Below are positions 44,328 to 54,300 of a stretch of 64,000 nt of DNA, in pieces. The translations under genes were made by a program, and so were the position numbers. The notes beneath the pieces were generated by a model that saw nothing but the letters and a program-made list of their open reading frames with translations, had not been told where the DNA came from and ran no database searches. Source of the DNA: Gemmatimonadota bacterium (GTDB taxonomy: Bacteria > Gemmatimonadota > Gemmatimonadetes > Gemmatimonadales > GWC2-71-9); assembly GCA_039591655.1 (NCBI GenBank), contig JBDHDE010000002.1, positions 1 to 64,000 on the forward strand. The letters run 5' to 3'. Each line of letters starts with the position of its first letter. Within the stretch, counting starts at the first letter, position 1.

Positions 44328-44758
44328 CGCGCGCCGCTTCCCCAGAGGTTCCGGAGCTCGGCCTCCGGAAAGAAGAAGCCAATCTCCCGCGCAGCGTTCT
44401 CCTGCGAGTCGGACGCGTGGATGGCGTTGCGCTCCTTGTTCTCCGCGTAGAGCTGCCGGACGGTGCCTGCCGCGGCCTCCGCGGGGTCGGTCGCGCCGAT
44501 CACGGTGCGGAGGTGGGCGACTGCGTCGTCCCGCTCCAGCACCATCGGCAGGCAGGGCCCGGACGTCATGAACCGGACCAGGGCGCCGTAGAACGGCCGC
44601 TCCCGATGCACCTCGTAAAACGCCTCCGCCTCGGACTGGGAGAGCCTCACCAGCCTGGCAGCCCGGACCGTGAACCCCGCCTCCTCGAGATGGGCCAGGA
44701 TCTTGCCGGCGGTGCCGACATCCAGGGCATCCGGCTTGATGATCGCGAGTGTCTGCAT
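44324..44758 (-). CDS. ndk: nucleoside diphosphate kinase
   Basis: TLAIIKPD, FYEVH, GATDP, RNAIHASDS; ATG 44758; extended -10 TGnTATATT at 44796-44788. Confidence 0.96.
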   Translation of the reverse strand: MQTLAIIKPDALDVGTAGKILAHLEEAGFTVRAARLVRLSQSEAEAFYEVHRERPFYGALVRFMTSGPCLPMVLERDDAVAHLRTVIGATDPAEAAAGTVRQLYAENKERNAIHASDSQENAAREIGFFFPEAELRNLWGSGAR

Positions 44759-44856
44759 GTACGACGTGTGGTTGATGGTTGGCGGCCAATATACCACGGC
44801 CCGCAAGTCCGGTACGCGGCGCCCACCGCGGCGTGCGACCGCTCAGCGCCCCCCGC

Positions 44857-45759
44857 CTAGCGTCCCATGAGACGCCGCACTATGTCGCCCCGTGTCAGGA
44901 AACCCACGAGCGCTCCCTCTCGCACCACGGGAAACCGCTCGATGTTGCGGTTGAGCATCATCGTGGCGACTTCGGCCACCGTCTGATCCTCCGAAACGCA
45001 GAGGACGCTGCGGTCCATGACGTCCCGCACCGGCATGGTGTGTGGGTCGACGCCGGCGCCCGCCCCCCGGGGCATGGCACGGAACTCCCCGCTGCTGAGG
45101 CGCTTCACGTACAGCGGCAGGAGGTAGCGCAGCAGCTCACGGTGCGTGATGACCCCCAACACCTCGCCCGTCTCCGACACCACCGGCAAGGCCGCTACAT
45201 CGTGGGCCACCATTAGGCGCGACGCCTCCCCCAGGGGAGTATCGGGCCGGACCGAGAGCCGTCTACGCATCATCACGTCACGCACCGTCAGGTGCCCCGG
45301 CAGCGTCAGGTCGGCCAGCGGCGCCGCCTGGAGCACGTCCTCGGGGCGCTCGGCGGAGAGAATGGCGTCGATCACCTCCTGACGGCTCAGGGCCCGCGCG
45401 AAGGCACTGATGGCCTGGAGGTGCGCCGAGCTCTCCCGCGGCGGCGCGGCGATGAGGATCACGACCCGCGCCTCCTTCGGCTCTCCATCCCCGGAGTGCT
45501 TGATCGGCCGGGCCGCCACCCCGAGGGCGGCGGCCAGCTTCTTCACCGCATCCGTGCGGTAGTGCAGCAGGAACGCCTGCCCGACCGGGACGATCTCCTT
45601 GGGCAGCGCGCCGCGGACCATCTCGTGAAGCTTGTCCGGTTCCGCGACGACGCCCGCGTCGATCAGCGCGTCGGTGAGCCGGGACGCGGCCTCCCGCACC
45701 TTGGCGGTCTCCAGCGGCACCACAACACGGTCCCGGTCCAACAGCTCAATCAGTTTCAT
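44857..45759 (-). CDS. PTS EIIA(Ntr/Fru)-like domain fused to CBS pair
   Basis: N-half: MKLIELL, LHYRTDAV, ALGV, VILIAAP, HLQAISAFAR; C-half: two CBS repeats (VRDVM, LPVV, FPVV, GFLTRGDI). Confidence 0.8.
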   Translation of the reverse strand: MKLIELLDRDRVVVPLETAKVREAASRLTDALIDAGVVAEPDKLHEMVRGALPKEIVPVGQAFLLHYRTDAVKKLAAALGVAARPIKHSGDGEPKEARVVILIAAPPRESSAHLQAISAFARALSRQEVIDAILSAERPEDVLQAAPLADLTLPGHLTVRDVMMRRRLSVRPDTPLGEASRLMVAHDVAALPVVSETGEVLGVITHRELLRYLLPLYVKRLSSGEFRAMPRGAGAGVDPHTMPVRDVMDRSVLCVSEDQTVAEVATMMLNRNIERFPVVREGALVGFLTRGDIVRRLMGR

Positions 45760-45763
45760 GGCG

Positions 45764-46636
45764 CTAGACCCGTTCTTGCTTGAGCAGCGAGACGACCTCG
45801 GCCGGCCGATCCATCACGCCGATACCGGCCCGCTCGAAGGCCGCGATCTTCTCCTCGGCGGTGCCCGCCGAGCCGGAAATGATGGCTCCGGCATGCCCCA
45901 TGCGCCGGCCGGGCGGTGCCGTCCGGCCGGCAATGAAGCCTACGACGGGCTTCTTGACGTGCTGCGACACGTACTCGGCGGCCTGCTGCTCGTCGGTGCC
46001 TCCGATCTCGCCGATCACGACGATGGCCTCCGTTTCCGGATCCGCCTGGAATCCCTCGAGGCAGTCGATGAAGTTGGTGCCGATGATCGGGTCTCCCCCG
46101 ATGCCGATGCAGGTAGTCTGCCCCAGGCCGTTCTGCGTGAGGTGGTGGATCACCTCGTAGGTGAGGGTACCGCTGCGGGAGACGACCCCCACCACCCCCT
46201 GCCGGCAGATCTGACCCGGAATGATACCGACCTTCGACTTCCCGGGTGAGATGACGCCGGGGCAGTTGGGACCGATCAGCCGCGCTCCGCGCTCCCGGAG
46301 GAACGGCATGACGCGAGTCATGTCGAGGACCGGCAGCCCCTCGGTAATACACACGATCAACTCGATACCGGCGTCCGCCGCCTCGAAGACGGCGTCGGGC
46401 GCGAACCGGTCGGGCACGTACACTACGGACGCGTTGGCACCGGTCTGCGCCACCGCGTCGTGCACCGTATTGAACACGGGCACCTGATCGTCGAACCGCT
46501 GTCCACCCTTCCCGGGGGTCACGCCGGCAACTACTCGCGTGCCGTACTCCATCATCTGGCGCGTGTGGAACGAGCCGTCCCGCCCCGTGATGCCCTGCAC
46601 TACCAGCTTAGTGTTCTCGTCGATGAAGATGCTCAC
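45764..46636 (-). CDS. sucD: succinyl-CoA synthetase alpha subunit
   Basis: [32 protein letters not shown]. Confidence 0.97.
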   Translation of the reverse strand: MSIFIDENTKLVVQGITGRDGSFHTRQMMEYGTRVVAGVTPGKGGQRFDDQVPVFNTVHDAVAQTGANASVVYVPDRFAPDAVFEAADAGIELIVCITEGLPVLDMTRVMPFLRERGARLIGPNCPGVISPGKSKVGIIPGQICRQGVVGVVSRSGTLTYEVIHHLTQNGLGQTTCIGIGGDPIIGTNFIDCLEGFQADPETEAIVVIGEIGGTDEQQAAEYVSQHVKKPVVGFIAGRTAPPGRRMGHAGAIISGSAGTAEEKIAAFERAGIGVMDRPAEVVSLLKQERV

Positions 46637-47772
46637 GCCGCCTCCCGCGCCAGTTTCACCGCCTGCTGCACCGCCTCATCCATGTCGGTGAGCGCCTCGA
46701 AGCCTGCCTCCTTCAGGATGTCGACCGCCAGATCCTCGTTCGTGCCCGTAAGGCGAATCACCATGGGACGGTCGAGCCGCACCTGCTTCGTCCCCTCCAC
46801 GATGCCGTTCGCAACGTCATCGCACCGCGTGATGCCGCCGAAGATGTTGAATAGAATGCTCTTCGCACTGCGATCGCTGGAGATGATCCTGAGAGCCGTC
46901 ACGACCTTCTCCGGGCTGCTGCTGCCCCCGATGTCCAGGAAGTTGGCGGGTTCGCCACCGTAGTACTTCACCAGGTCCATCGTCGCCATCGCCAGCCCGG
47001 CGCCATTCACACAGCATCCCACGTCTCCGTCGAGCTTGATGTAGGAGAGGCCCGCGTCCCGGGCTTCCACCTCGTACGGGTCCTCGGCGGTGAGATCGCG
47101 CAATCCCGCGATGGTGGGACGGCGCTCCAGCTCGTTGTCGTCCACGACCAGCTTGGCGTCGAGCGCCACCACCGCGCCATCCGGCGTGGTGATGAGCGGA
47201 TTGATCTCGGCCAGCGAGCCCCCGGCATCGGCAAAGGCCCGGAACAGCTGCTGCATGATCTTCGCGGCCTGGCGAACCTGCCCGACGTCGTCGTACAGCT
47301 TGAACGCCAGCTCCATCGCCTGATGCGGCAGCAGCCCGTACCGCGGATCGACGGGCGCCTTGAAGATCTTCTCCGGCGTCTTCGCCGCCACCTCCTCGAT
47401 GTCCACACCGCCAGCCGGGCTCACCATCATCACGGGCCTTTGGGAAGCCCGGTCGACGATGACGCCCACGTAGCTCTCCGAGGCGATCTCGCAAGCCGGT
47501 ACCACGAGCACCTTCTCCACCGTCAGACCCTTGATCTGCATCCCTAGGATCTCACCCGCGTGCCGCTTCGCCTCGGCAGGGGTCTTCGCGAGCTTCACAC
47601 CTCCGGCCTTTCCTCGTCCGCCCGCGTGCACCTGCGCCTTCACGACCACCGCTCCGCCCATGCGGCTCGCAATCGCCTCCACCTCGTCCGGCGTCCGCCC
47701 CACTTCGCCGTCGGGCACCGGAATGCCCGCAGCCTTCAGCAGTGCGCGCGCTTGATACTCGTGAAGATTCAC
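46633..47772 (-). CDS. sucC: succinyl-CoA synthetase beta subunit
   Basis: [40 protein letters not shown] 47772. Confidence 0.96.
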   Translation of the reverse strand: MNLHEYQARALLKAAGIPVPDGEVGRTPDEVEAIASRMGGAVVVKAQVHAGGRGKAGGVKLAKTPAEAKRHAGEILGMQIKGLTVEKVLVVPACEIASESYVGVIVDRASQRPVMMVSPAGGVDIEEVAAKTPEKIFKAPVDPRYGLLPHQAMELAFKLYDDVGQVRQAAKIMQQLFRAFADAGGSLAEINPLITTPDGAVVALDAKLVVDDNELERRPTIAGLRDLTAEDPYEVEARDAGLSYIKLDGDVGCCVNGAGLAMATMDLVKYYGGEPANFLDIGGSSSPEKVVTALRIISSDRSAKSILFNIFGGITRCDDVANGIVEGTKQVRLDRPMVIRLTGTNEDLAVDILKEAGFEALTDMDEAVQQAVKLAREAA

Positions 47773-48725
47773 GCTGGATCTCCTGTAATCGTCGTTCCCG
47801 TCTCGCCACGGATGGCCGCGAGCCCGTCCGCCAGGTGTGCGATGATCGCGCGACTGCCCCCTCCACGCAGGAACGCCACCGATGCCTCGATCTTGGGCCG
47901 CATGCTCCCGACACCCAGCTCCCCACCGGCGAGCAGCTCTTCCGCCTCCCCCAGGGAAACATGGCGCAGCGGCTCGCCCTGCGGTGTGCCCCACCCGCGA
48001 TAGACCGCGTCAACATCCGTGAGAATCAACAACGTATCGGCACCGAGGCGGCCGGCCAGAATGGCCGCCACCCGGTCCTTGTCCACCACCGCGTCGACAC
48101 CTTCCCAATAGAGTTGCTCATCGAAGTAAACCGGGGCGCCGCCGCCCCCGGCAGCAATCACGATCTTGCCCTCCTTCACAAGCTGCCGCACGGCGTCCGC
48201 CTCCACGACATCCGTCGGCTCCGGACTCGGGGCCAGGCGCCGCCAGTACCCGGCGCCGTCCTGCCCCACCGTCACCCCGCGTCCACGCAGGCGCTCCACC
48301 GTGCCCGGGCTAAGGGCATGCCCCACCGGCTTAGTGGGCCGATCGAACCCCCCTGTGGAGCGGTCCAGGGCCGTCTGGGTGATGACCGAGAGCACGTCCC
48401 GCCGGACGCCCGCTTTGAGCAGGGCGTTCTGCAGCGACTGCTGGATCATATAGCCGATCCACCCGGCCGTGGCCGCCACCAACACCCCCAGAGGCAGGGG
48501 AGCCACGCGGTCGTGCGCCAGCTCGTTCCGTTCCAGCTCGTCCCCAACCTGCGGCCCGTTACCGTGCACGATGGCAATGTGCCACCCCTCCCGAGCGAGT
48601 GAGACCACCGCATTGAGGGATGCGCGCGTGTGCCGAAACTGGTCGTGGATGGTCGCCCGCTCACCGGGGGGTGCCAGCGCGTTCCCGCCGAGGGCGACGA
48701 CAATGGTGCCGGGCGAAGCAGTCAC
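47769..48725 (-). CDS. arcC: carbamate kinase
   Basis: VALGGNAL, HGNGPQVG, PTKPVG, GGGG.PV, AVVDKD, GSMRPK. Confidence 0.92.
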   Translation of the reverse strand: MTASPGTIVVALGGNALAPPGERATIHDQFRHTRASLNAVVSLAREGWHIAIVHGNGPQVGDELERNELAHDRVAPLPLGVLVAATAGWIGYMIQQSLQNALLKAGVRRDVLSVITQTALDRSTGGFDRPTKPVGHALSPGTVERLRGRGVTVGQDGAGYWRRLAPSPEPTDVVEADAVRQLVKEGKIVIAAGGGGAPVYFDEQLYWEGVDAVVDKDRVAAILAGRLGADTLLILTDVDAVYRGWGTPQGEPLRHVSLGEAEELLAGGELGVGSMRPKIEASVAFLRGGGSRAIIAHLADGLAAIRGETGTTITGDPA

Positions 48726-48769
48726 GGGACGTGCAAGCTACTCTGCGCCATGATGGCCAGCAACCCGAC

Positions 48770-51349
48770 TCACGGCACCGAATCGGTGCCGCCGGTGAGT
48801 ATGCGGCGGAGTTCTTCGTAGGCCCGCCCGAACGCTGTCCAGTCACCCGAGCGGCGCGCGGCGTCCATGCGCTCGAACCACCGCCGCGCCTCTGCGCGCT
48901 CCGCCGCGGCCATGCCGAACGGCGAGGCTTCGGTCTCGACGCGGTCCAGCGCGCTGCGGACCGTGGGACCGCTTCCCACCTCCCGGCCCCAGCCCACCGC
49001 CACGTCCACTAGCTGGGGTGCCGCCTGTCCCTCCCCCGGTGAGGCATAGCTCACCTGCAGCGCCAGCACGCCGTTCTCGAAGGGCACCAGGCGCAGCGCA
49101 CCCTGCACTCCTATGGGATCGGCACGCAACCGGGTGAACAGCCGCGCCGCGCGTGTGGGCCCCGGTACCTCCAGCTCCGGCTCTATCTGAAGCAACGTCA
49201 GGGTGCTCGAGCCGCCACGCACAGTGGCGTCGACGATCCCCGCCAGAAACTCGGACTCTCCAGCCTCCAGGGCCGCCATGAGCCGCAGGCGCACCACCGA
49301 GTCGGCGGGCGTTCCACCCACCCACCAATAGGGCTCCACGCCACCCAACCGGCCCACTCCCATGGGCGCAGCGGGGGCCCCCAGGAGCGCGCCGGACGCC
49401 CCCCCGCTCTGCAGCAACCCCAGCTGAATGGCGAAGAGCTCCCTCGGATAGCGTAGGTGGGACGCCAGCTCGCCAGGCATCTGGCCGGCGGGCCGCACGA
49501 TCTCCGGGGCAATCTGGGCCCACGCCCGGCTCAACGGATCGGAATCGTCGGTGAGATACACCGCGGTCTCACCGGTGCTCGCCTCGACGACGCCTACGAG
49601 ACTGGATCGCAGGTAGCGCACCGTCTCCCGACGCCAGCGTGTCCGGGGCACCAGGGGGAACGCACGGGCCCGCACGTACCCAGTCGCCAGCCAGTAGAGG
49701 CGGCCATCGGCGACCACGGCGTGTGGCGCGGAGAACCGCGCGAAGGGCGCGTAGCGATCCAGCCGTCCGACGATGTCGCGGTGCCACAGGACGAGGGAGG
49801 TATCGGCCACGGCGTCCGACGTGACGAGCCGGGGACTCTGCAGCGACCAGGCCAGCGCCAACTGGCGCCACCAACTGCCGGCCGGCACGCCGGCAATCGC
49901 TCCACCCTGCGGCAGCACCGCGAAGTTTACCGCCCCGGGGCTGAACAGCACCCGCGGATCGTCGAGCATGAGCTCTTGCAGCCGGGGTCGGCCCGAGTCC
50001 GGTCGCTCGAGGTCGGTGACGAACAAGGGCAATCCCGTCTCCGAGATCCCATGCGCCTGGACCGCCACGGCGCCCGAGGCTGCGGCATACTCCCCGACGT
50101 GTACCCGCTCCCACGACAGGTCCACGGCGGCGTTGCGCGCCGCCGCCAGATCGACTTCCCGAGCCGCCACGTAGACCGGCACCGCGCGGCCCCGCGCGGT
50201 CCGATAGACACCCAGCGTCGCGTCGGTGACCCGGAGATGTTCCACCTGGGCTGCCGCGCGATTGAGGAACACGGTGACGGCGAAGGCGTCCCACAGGGGG
50301 CCGGCCTCCAGCTCGGCGCGGTGTTGCCGCACACTCGAGGGCTCGGGAGGGGCCCCGAGGTCCAGCATGGCATGTGAGCTCCCGGCGCCAAACGCCTCCC
50401 GCAGGAAGGCGGACCGGCTGGCCTCGACTTGCTCGAGGTGGAGCTCCTCCGGCGTGCGAACCGCACCCGCGAACGCCGGCACGAGATAGTGACCGGCGAA
50501 CGAAACGGCCGCGAGCAACGTCCACGGCACCACGACGACCGCAACCCGCCGGCTCCACATCCAGAAGAGCGACGCGCCCGCGGTGATCAGTGCGAGCACG
50601 CTGAGCATTCGCGCGACTGGGATTCGCACGCCGCTGAGTACCGTGTCGGCGGGGACGTCGTGGATCCCGGCCACGTACTCGGCCGGCTCCAGGCGGTATC
50701 CCCAGAACAGGGCCAGCGCGAAGGCGAGGAGGAGGCCTGCGAGGTGCCAGCGGGCCAGGTCGTTCACCCGCAGTCGGCGGCGACCGCCCCAGCGGATCGC
50801 GCCGACGGCCGCGTAGAGGACCGCCGTGATCCCGAGCATCACTCCGCTCAGCAGGGTGACGAAGGAGTGAATGGTGCGCTGCCAGGGAAGCTGATAGAGG
50901 TAGTAGCCGATGTCGCGCCCCAGCACGGGGTCCGTGACGCCCAGCGGCACATCGAATCCCGCCAGGGCCCGCGCATACCACCATCCATCGGCCCGATGGC
51001 TGAAGGCGATGGCAAGCAGCAGCCCCGCCGCGGCAGCGGCCACCAGCAGGTAGTGCCGCGGCACCGCCTCCAGGATCTCCAAGTTGCCCAGCCGGCGGGG
51101 AACGTGAACCGACCCGATGGAGCGGTAGACCAGGTAGAGGTTTCCGAGGCACCAGCTCGCCGCGGCGACGAAGGCTGTGAGCAACAGCATCGTCTGGAGC
51201 GACCGGACGTGAGCGTGGGTGGCGCCGACGCCCAGCGCTTCAGCCCACAGCGCGTCGGCGGTGGACACGGCCAGCCATCGCCCGCCGAGCAGGGCGATCA
51301 GCGCGGCCGCGACGGCCAGCTTCACCAGCCACTTGCCCCGCGGCCCCAT
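48770..51349 (-). CDS. UPF0182 family membrane protein
   Basis: DPVLGRDIGYY, N-terminal TM block, YLRSS, YPRELF, EPYW; ATG 51349. Confidence 0.8.
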   Translation of the reverse strand: MGPRGKWLVKLAVAAALIALLGGRWLAVSTADALWAEALGVGATHAHVRSLQTMLLLTAFVAAASWCLGNLYLVYRSIGSVHVPRRLGNLEILEAVPRHYLLVAAAAAGLLLAIAFSHRADGWWYARALAGFDVPLGVTDPVLGRDIGYYLYQLPWQRTIHSFVTLLSGVMLGITAVLYAAVGAIRWGGRRRLRVNDLARWHLAGLLLAFALALFWGYRLEPAEYVAGIHDVPADTVLSGVRIPVARMLSVLALITAGASLFWMWSRRVAVVVVPWTLLAAVSFAGHYLVPAFAGAVRTPEELHLEQVEASRSAFLREAFGAGSSHAMLDLGAPPEPSSVRQHRAELEAGPLWDAFAVTVFLNRAAAQVEHLRVTDATLGVYRTARGRAVPVYVAAREVDLAAARNAAVDLSWERVHVGEYAAASGAVAVQAHGISETGLPLFVTDLERPDSGRPRLQELMLDDPRVLFSPGAVNFAVLPQGGAIAGVPAGSWWRQLALAWSLQSPRLVTSDAVADTSLVLWHRDIVGRLDRYAPFARFSAPHAVVADGRLYWLATGYVRARAFPLVPRTRWRRETVRYLRSSLVGVVEASTGETAVYLTDDSDPLSRAWAQIAPEIVRPAGQMPGELASHLRYPRELFAIQLGLLQSGGASGALLGAPAAPMGVGRLGGVEPYWWVGGTPADSVVRLRLMAALEAGESEFLAGIVDATVRGGSSTLTLLQIEPELEVPGPTRAARLFTRLRADPIGVQGALRLVPFENGVLALQVSYASPGEGQAAPQLVDVAVGWGREVGSGPTVRSALDRVETEASPFGMAAAERAEARRWFERMDAARRSGDWTAFGRAYEELRRILTGGTDSVP

Positions 51350-51353
51350 GGGC

Positions 51354-52727
51354 TTACCCCGTGGTGTCCTGCTCCCCAAGCCAGCCCTCCACTTCCCGGC
51401 GATTGCCGGCGAGTGCCTCCTCGGAGGACGCTTCAAAGCGGAGCACGAGCACCGGCTGCGTGTTGGAGGCGCGCAGCAGGCCCCACCCGTCGGGGAATGT
51501 GATCCGCACGCCATCCAGGGTCAGCACCTCGTACCGCTCGCCGAAGTGGCGGGCCGCCGCCTCGACGACGGCGAACTTGCGCTCCTCGGCGCAATCCACG
51601 CGTAACTCGGGTGTGGCGAAGCTCTTGGGGAGATCGGCGAGCAGCGTGGAGAGCGGTCCCGCGCCTCGCGCCACGATAGCGATGAGCCGCGCCGCCGCGT
51701 AGAGGGCGTCGTCGAAGCCGTAGTAGTCGCCGCCGAAGAACATGTGTCCGCTCATCTCGCCGGCCAGCGGAGCCCCGGTCTCTCTCATCTTGGCCTTGAT
51801 GAGCGAATGCCCGGTCTTCCATATGACCGGCTCGAGCCCGACCGCTGCCAGCGCGTCGGCCAACACGTTCGAGCATTTCACGTCGAAGATGACGGCGTGT
51901 CCTGTGCCAGCGCGATCGGCGAGGTCGCGACCGAACAGCACCAGAAGCTGATCTCCGTAGACCACCGCGCCGCTCTCGTCCACTGCACCGATCCGGTCTC
52001 CGTCCCCGTCGAACGCGATGCCCAACTCGGCCTCAGTGCGCCGCACGGCGGCTTGGAGGTCCACGAGGTTCTCCGGCACCGTCGGGTCCGGGTGGTGGTT
52101 CGGGAAGGTGCCGTCGGATTCACAGAAGAGCGGCACCACGTCGGCCCCGAGACGGGTGAGCGCCTCTTCGGCCGCCAGGCTCGCAGTGCCGTTCCCGCAG
52201 TCCACCACGACCTTTACCGGTCGAGCGATGGGACCGTTGCGGGACACGATGGTATCTACGTAGCGCCGCAGCACCGAGTCATTGGCCTCGATCGTACCGT
52301 GGCCCGTGTCGCTTGCATCGGTCTCGATCAGCTGCCGGATCTGCTGGATATCATCCCCGTAGAGCGTCTCGCCCGCGACCACCATCTTGAATCCGTTGAA
52401 CTCAGGTGGGTTGTGCGAGCCGGTGACCTGGATTCCCCCATCCACCTCCAACTCGTGCAGGGCGAGATAGAGCGCCGGTGTGGGTACCAGACCGACGTCG
52501 ACGGCCGAGCCGCCCGCCTGAGCCACGCCATCGCGCACGGCCCGGGCCAGGAGCTCACCCGAGGGTCGGTTGTCACGCCCCACGGCCACCCTGGGATCCC
52601 GCCCGATCCTCGAGCGCGCAATGGTCGCGACGGCCCGGCCGATGGCATGGGCCACGGGCGCAGTGAGCTCTTGGTCCACGACGCCCCGGATGTCGTATTG
52701 CCGGAAGATGAAGGAGGGTACGTCCAC
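51354..52727 (-). CDS. phosphomannomutase/phosphoglucomutase (AlgC-like)
   Basis: FRQYDIRG, TGSHNP, FDGDGDR, GEMSGH, RASNTQP. Confidence 0.94.
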   Translation of the reverse strand: MDVPSFIFRQYDIRGVVDQELTAPVAHAIGRAVATIARSRIGRDPRVAVGRDNRPSGELLARAVRDGVAQAGGSAVDVGLVPTPALYLALHELEVDGGIQVTGSHNPPEFNGFKMVVAGETLYGDDIQQIRQLIETDASDTGHGTIEANDSVLRRYVDTIVSRNGPIARPVKVVVDCGNGTASLAAEEALTRLGADVVPLFCESDGTFPNHHPDPTVPENLVDLQAAVRRTEAELGIAFDGDGDRIGAVDESGAVVYGDQLLVLFGRDLADRAGTGHAVIFDVKCSNVLADALAAVGLEPVIWKTGHSLIKAKMRETGAPLAGEMSGHMFFGGDYYGFDDALYAAARLIAIVARGAGPLSTLLADLPKSFATPELRVDCAEERKFAVVEAAARHFGERYEVLTLDGVRITFPDGWGLLRASNTQPVLVLRFEASSEEALAGNRREVEGWLGEQDTTG

Positions 52728-52788
52728 GTCGTCCTCGGTGGATCAGGCCAGCCGCACTACCCGTGGGTCCGGCACGGGGGGCGGTTGG

Positions 52789-54300
52789 CTACCTCGAAAC
52801 CGTCAGCATGACCGCCGGCCTGAGCTCCTCACTCCCCCGACGCGCCACGTCCATGGCGCGGCCGGGCCAGACACCCAGCAGCAACAGGATCACGGCTGTG
52901 GCCCCCACCACCCAGCGGGCGATACCGACGACTCGTGTGTGCTCGTGCGCGGTCTCGGAGGCGGGGGGCTTCATGTACATCGCCATGATGACCGGTAGGT
53001 AGTAGCCTGCCGACACGACGGTGGCGCCGACCAGCACCACGGCCAGGAGGCCCTGCCCTGCATCCACGACCGCCGACAAGATATACCACTTGCCAATGAA
53101 GCCGGCCGTGCCCGGGAACCCCAGCAGGGAGAGCATGAACACGGTCATGGCGAAGGCCGTCCAGGGACGGTGCTTGGCAAGCCCGTCGAGATGGTCGATC
53201 CGAACGTCGCGCTCGCCGCGGCGGCCGGCAGCACCCAGGACTGCGAACGCCCCGACCGTCATGAGCGTGTACGCCAGCACGTAGAACAGGAACGCAGCGG
53301 CGCCGAGCGCAGTGCCGCTGGCCACCGTGGCCAGCAGGTAACCGGCGTGTCCGATGGAGCTGTAGGCGAGCATCCGCTTGAGGTTTCGCTGCGCCAGTGC
53401 GACGAGGTTGCCCACGACCATCGTGATGGCCGCCAGCCACCACACGATCTCTGTCCAGACCGCCTCGGCGGGCACGAGGGCCTCGAGCAGCAGACGGATC
53501 ATGGCGGCGAAGGCCGCGGCTTTCACCGCCGCCGCCATGAAGGCGGTGATCGGGGTCGGCGCGCCGTCGTACACGTCGGGCGTCCACATGTGGAACGGCA
53601 CTGCCGCCACCTTGAACGCGAACCCCACCAGCAGCATGGTCAACCCGACGAGCAGCATGACGTTATCGTCGAGGCCCAGCGTGGATATCTGCACGTAGAT
53701 GAGCGCAAGGTTGGTGGTCCCGGTGGAGCCGTAGATCAGCGCGATGCCGTACAGGAGGAACCCTGAAGCGAAGGCGCCAAGGAGAAAGTACTTGAGCGAA
53801 GCCTCCGCCGCGAAGACGCTGCGGCGATCGATACCCGCCAGCACGTAGACGCAGACGGACATCAACTCCAGGCCGAGGAAGATGACGACCAGGTCAGCGC
53901 CTCCGCCCATGAACATCATCCCGAGCGTGGCCAGCAGGAGCAGCACGTAGTACTCCGGCACCACGATGCGCTCCCGCCCCAGGTAGCCCAGGGACAGCAG
54001 CACGGCGAGCGTCGCCCCTAGCAGGAAGATCACGTCGGTGGCGTAGCGGAAGCCGTCCAGCGCGATCATCGTCTCGAGTCCCAGGGACCGCACATCGCGG
54101 ATCCAGAACACCAGGACCGCCAGCAGCGTCAGGATGAGGCCCACTGTAGCGAGATGCCCCACGAGGCGCTGGTCGCCCTCACTCCGGTGCCGCCACGACA
54201 CCACGATCACCAGCACCAGGATCCACGTCGTGAGCACGAGCTCCGGGAGGAGCGCGAGAACCATGCCGCCGGGGCGGCCCAGGTCAATCAGCGATCCCAT
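52789..54300 (-). CDS. nuoN: NADH-quinone oxidoreductase subunit N
   Basis: EASLKYF, FKVAAVPFHMWTPDVY, KRMLAYSSI. Confidence 0.95.
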   Translation of the reverse strand: MGSLIDLGRPGGMVLALLPELVLTTWILVLVIVVSWRHRSEGDQRLVGHLATVGLILTLLAVLVFWIRDVRSLGLETMIALDGFRYATDVIFLLGATLAVLLSLGYLGRERIVVPEYYVLLLLATLGMMFMGGGADLVVIFLGLELMSVCVYVLAGIDRRSVFAAEASLKYFLLGAFASGFLLYGIALIYGSTGTTNLALIYVQISTLGLDDNVMLLVGLTMLLVGFAFKVAAVPFHMWTPDVYDGAPTPITAFMAAAVKAAAFAAMIRLLLEALVPAEAVWTEIVWWLAAITMVVGNLVALAQRNLKRMLAYSSIGHAGYLLATVASGTALGAAAFLFYVLAYTLMTVGAFAVLGAAGRRGERDVRIDHLDGLAKHRPWTAFAMTVFMLSLLGFPGTAGFIGKWYILSAVVDAGQGLLAVVLVGATVVSAGYYLPVIMAMYMKPPASETAHEHTRVVGIARWVVGATAVILLLLGVWPGRAMDVARRGSEELRPAVMLTVSR

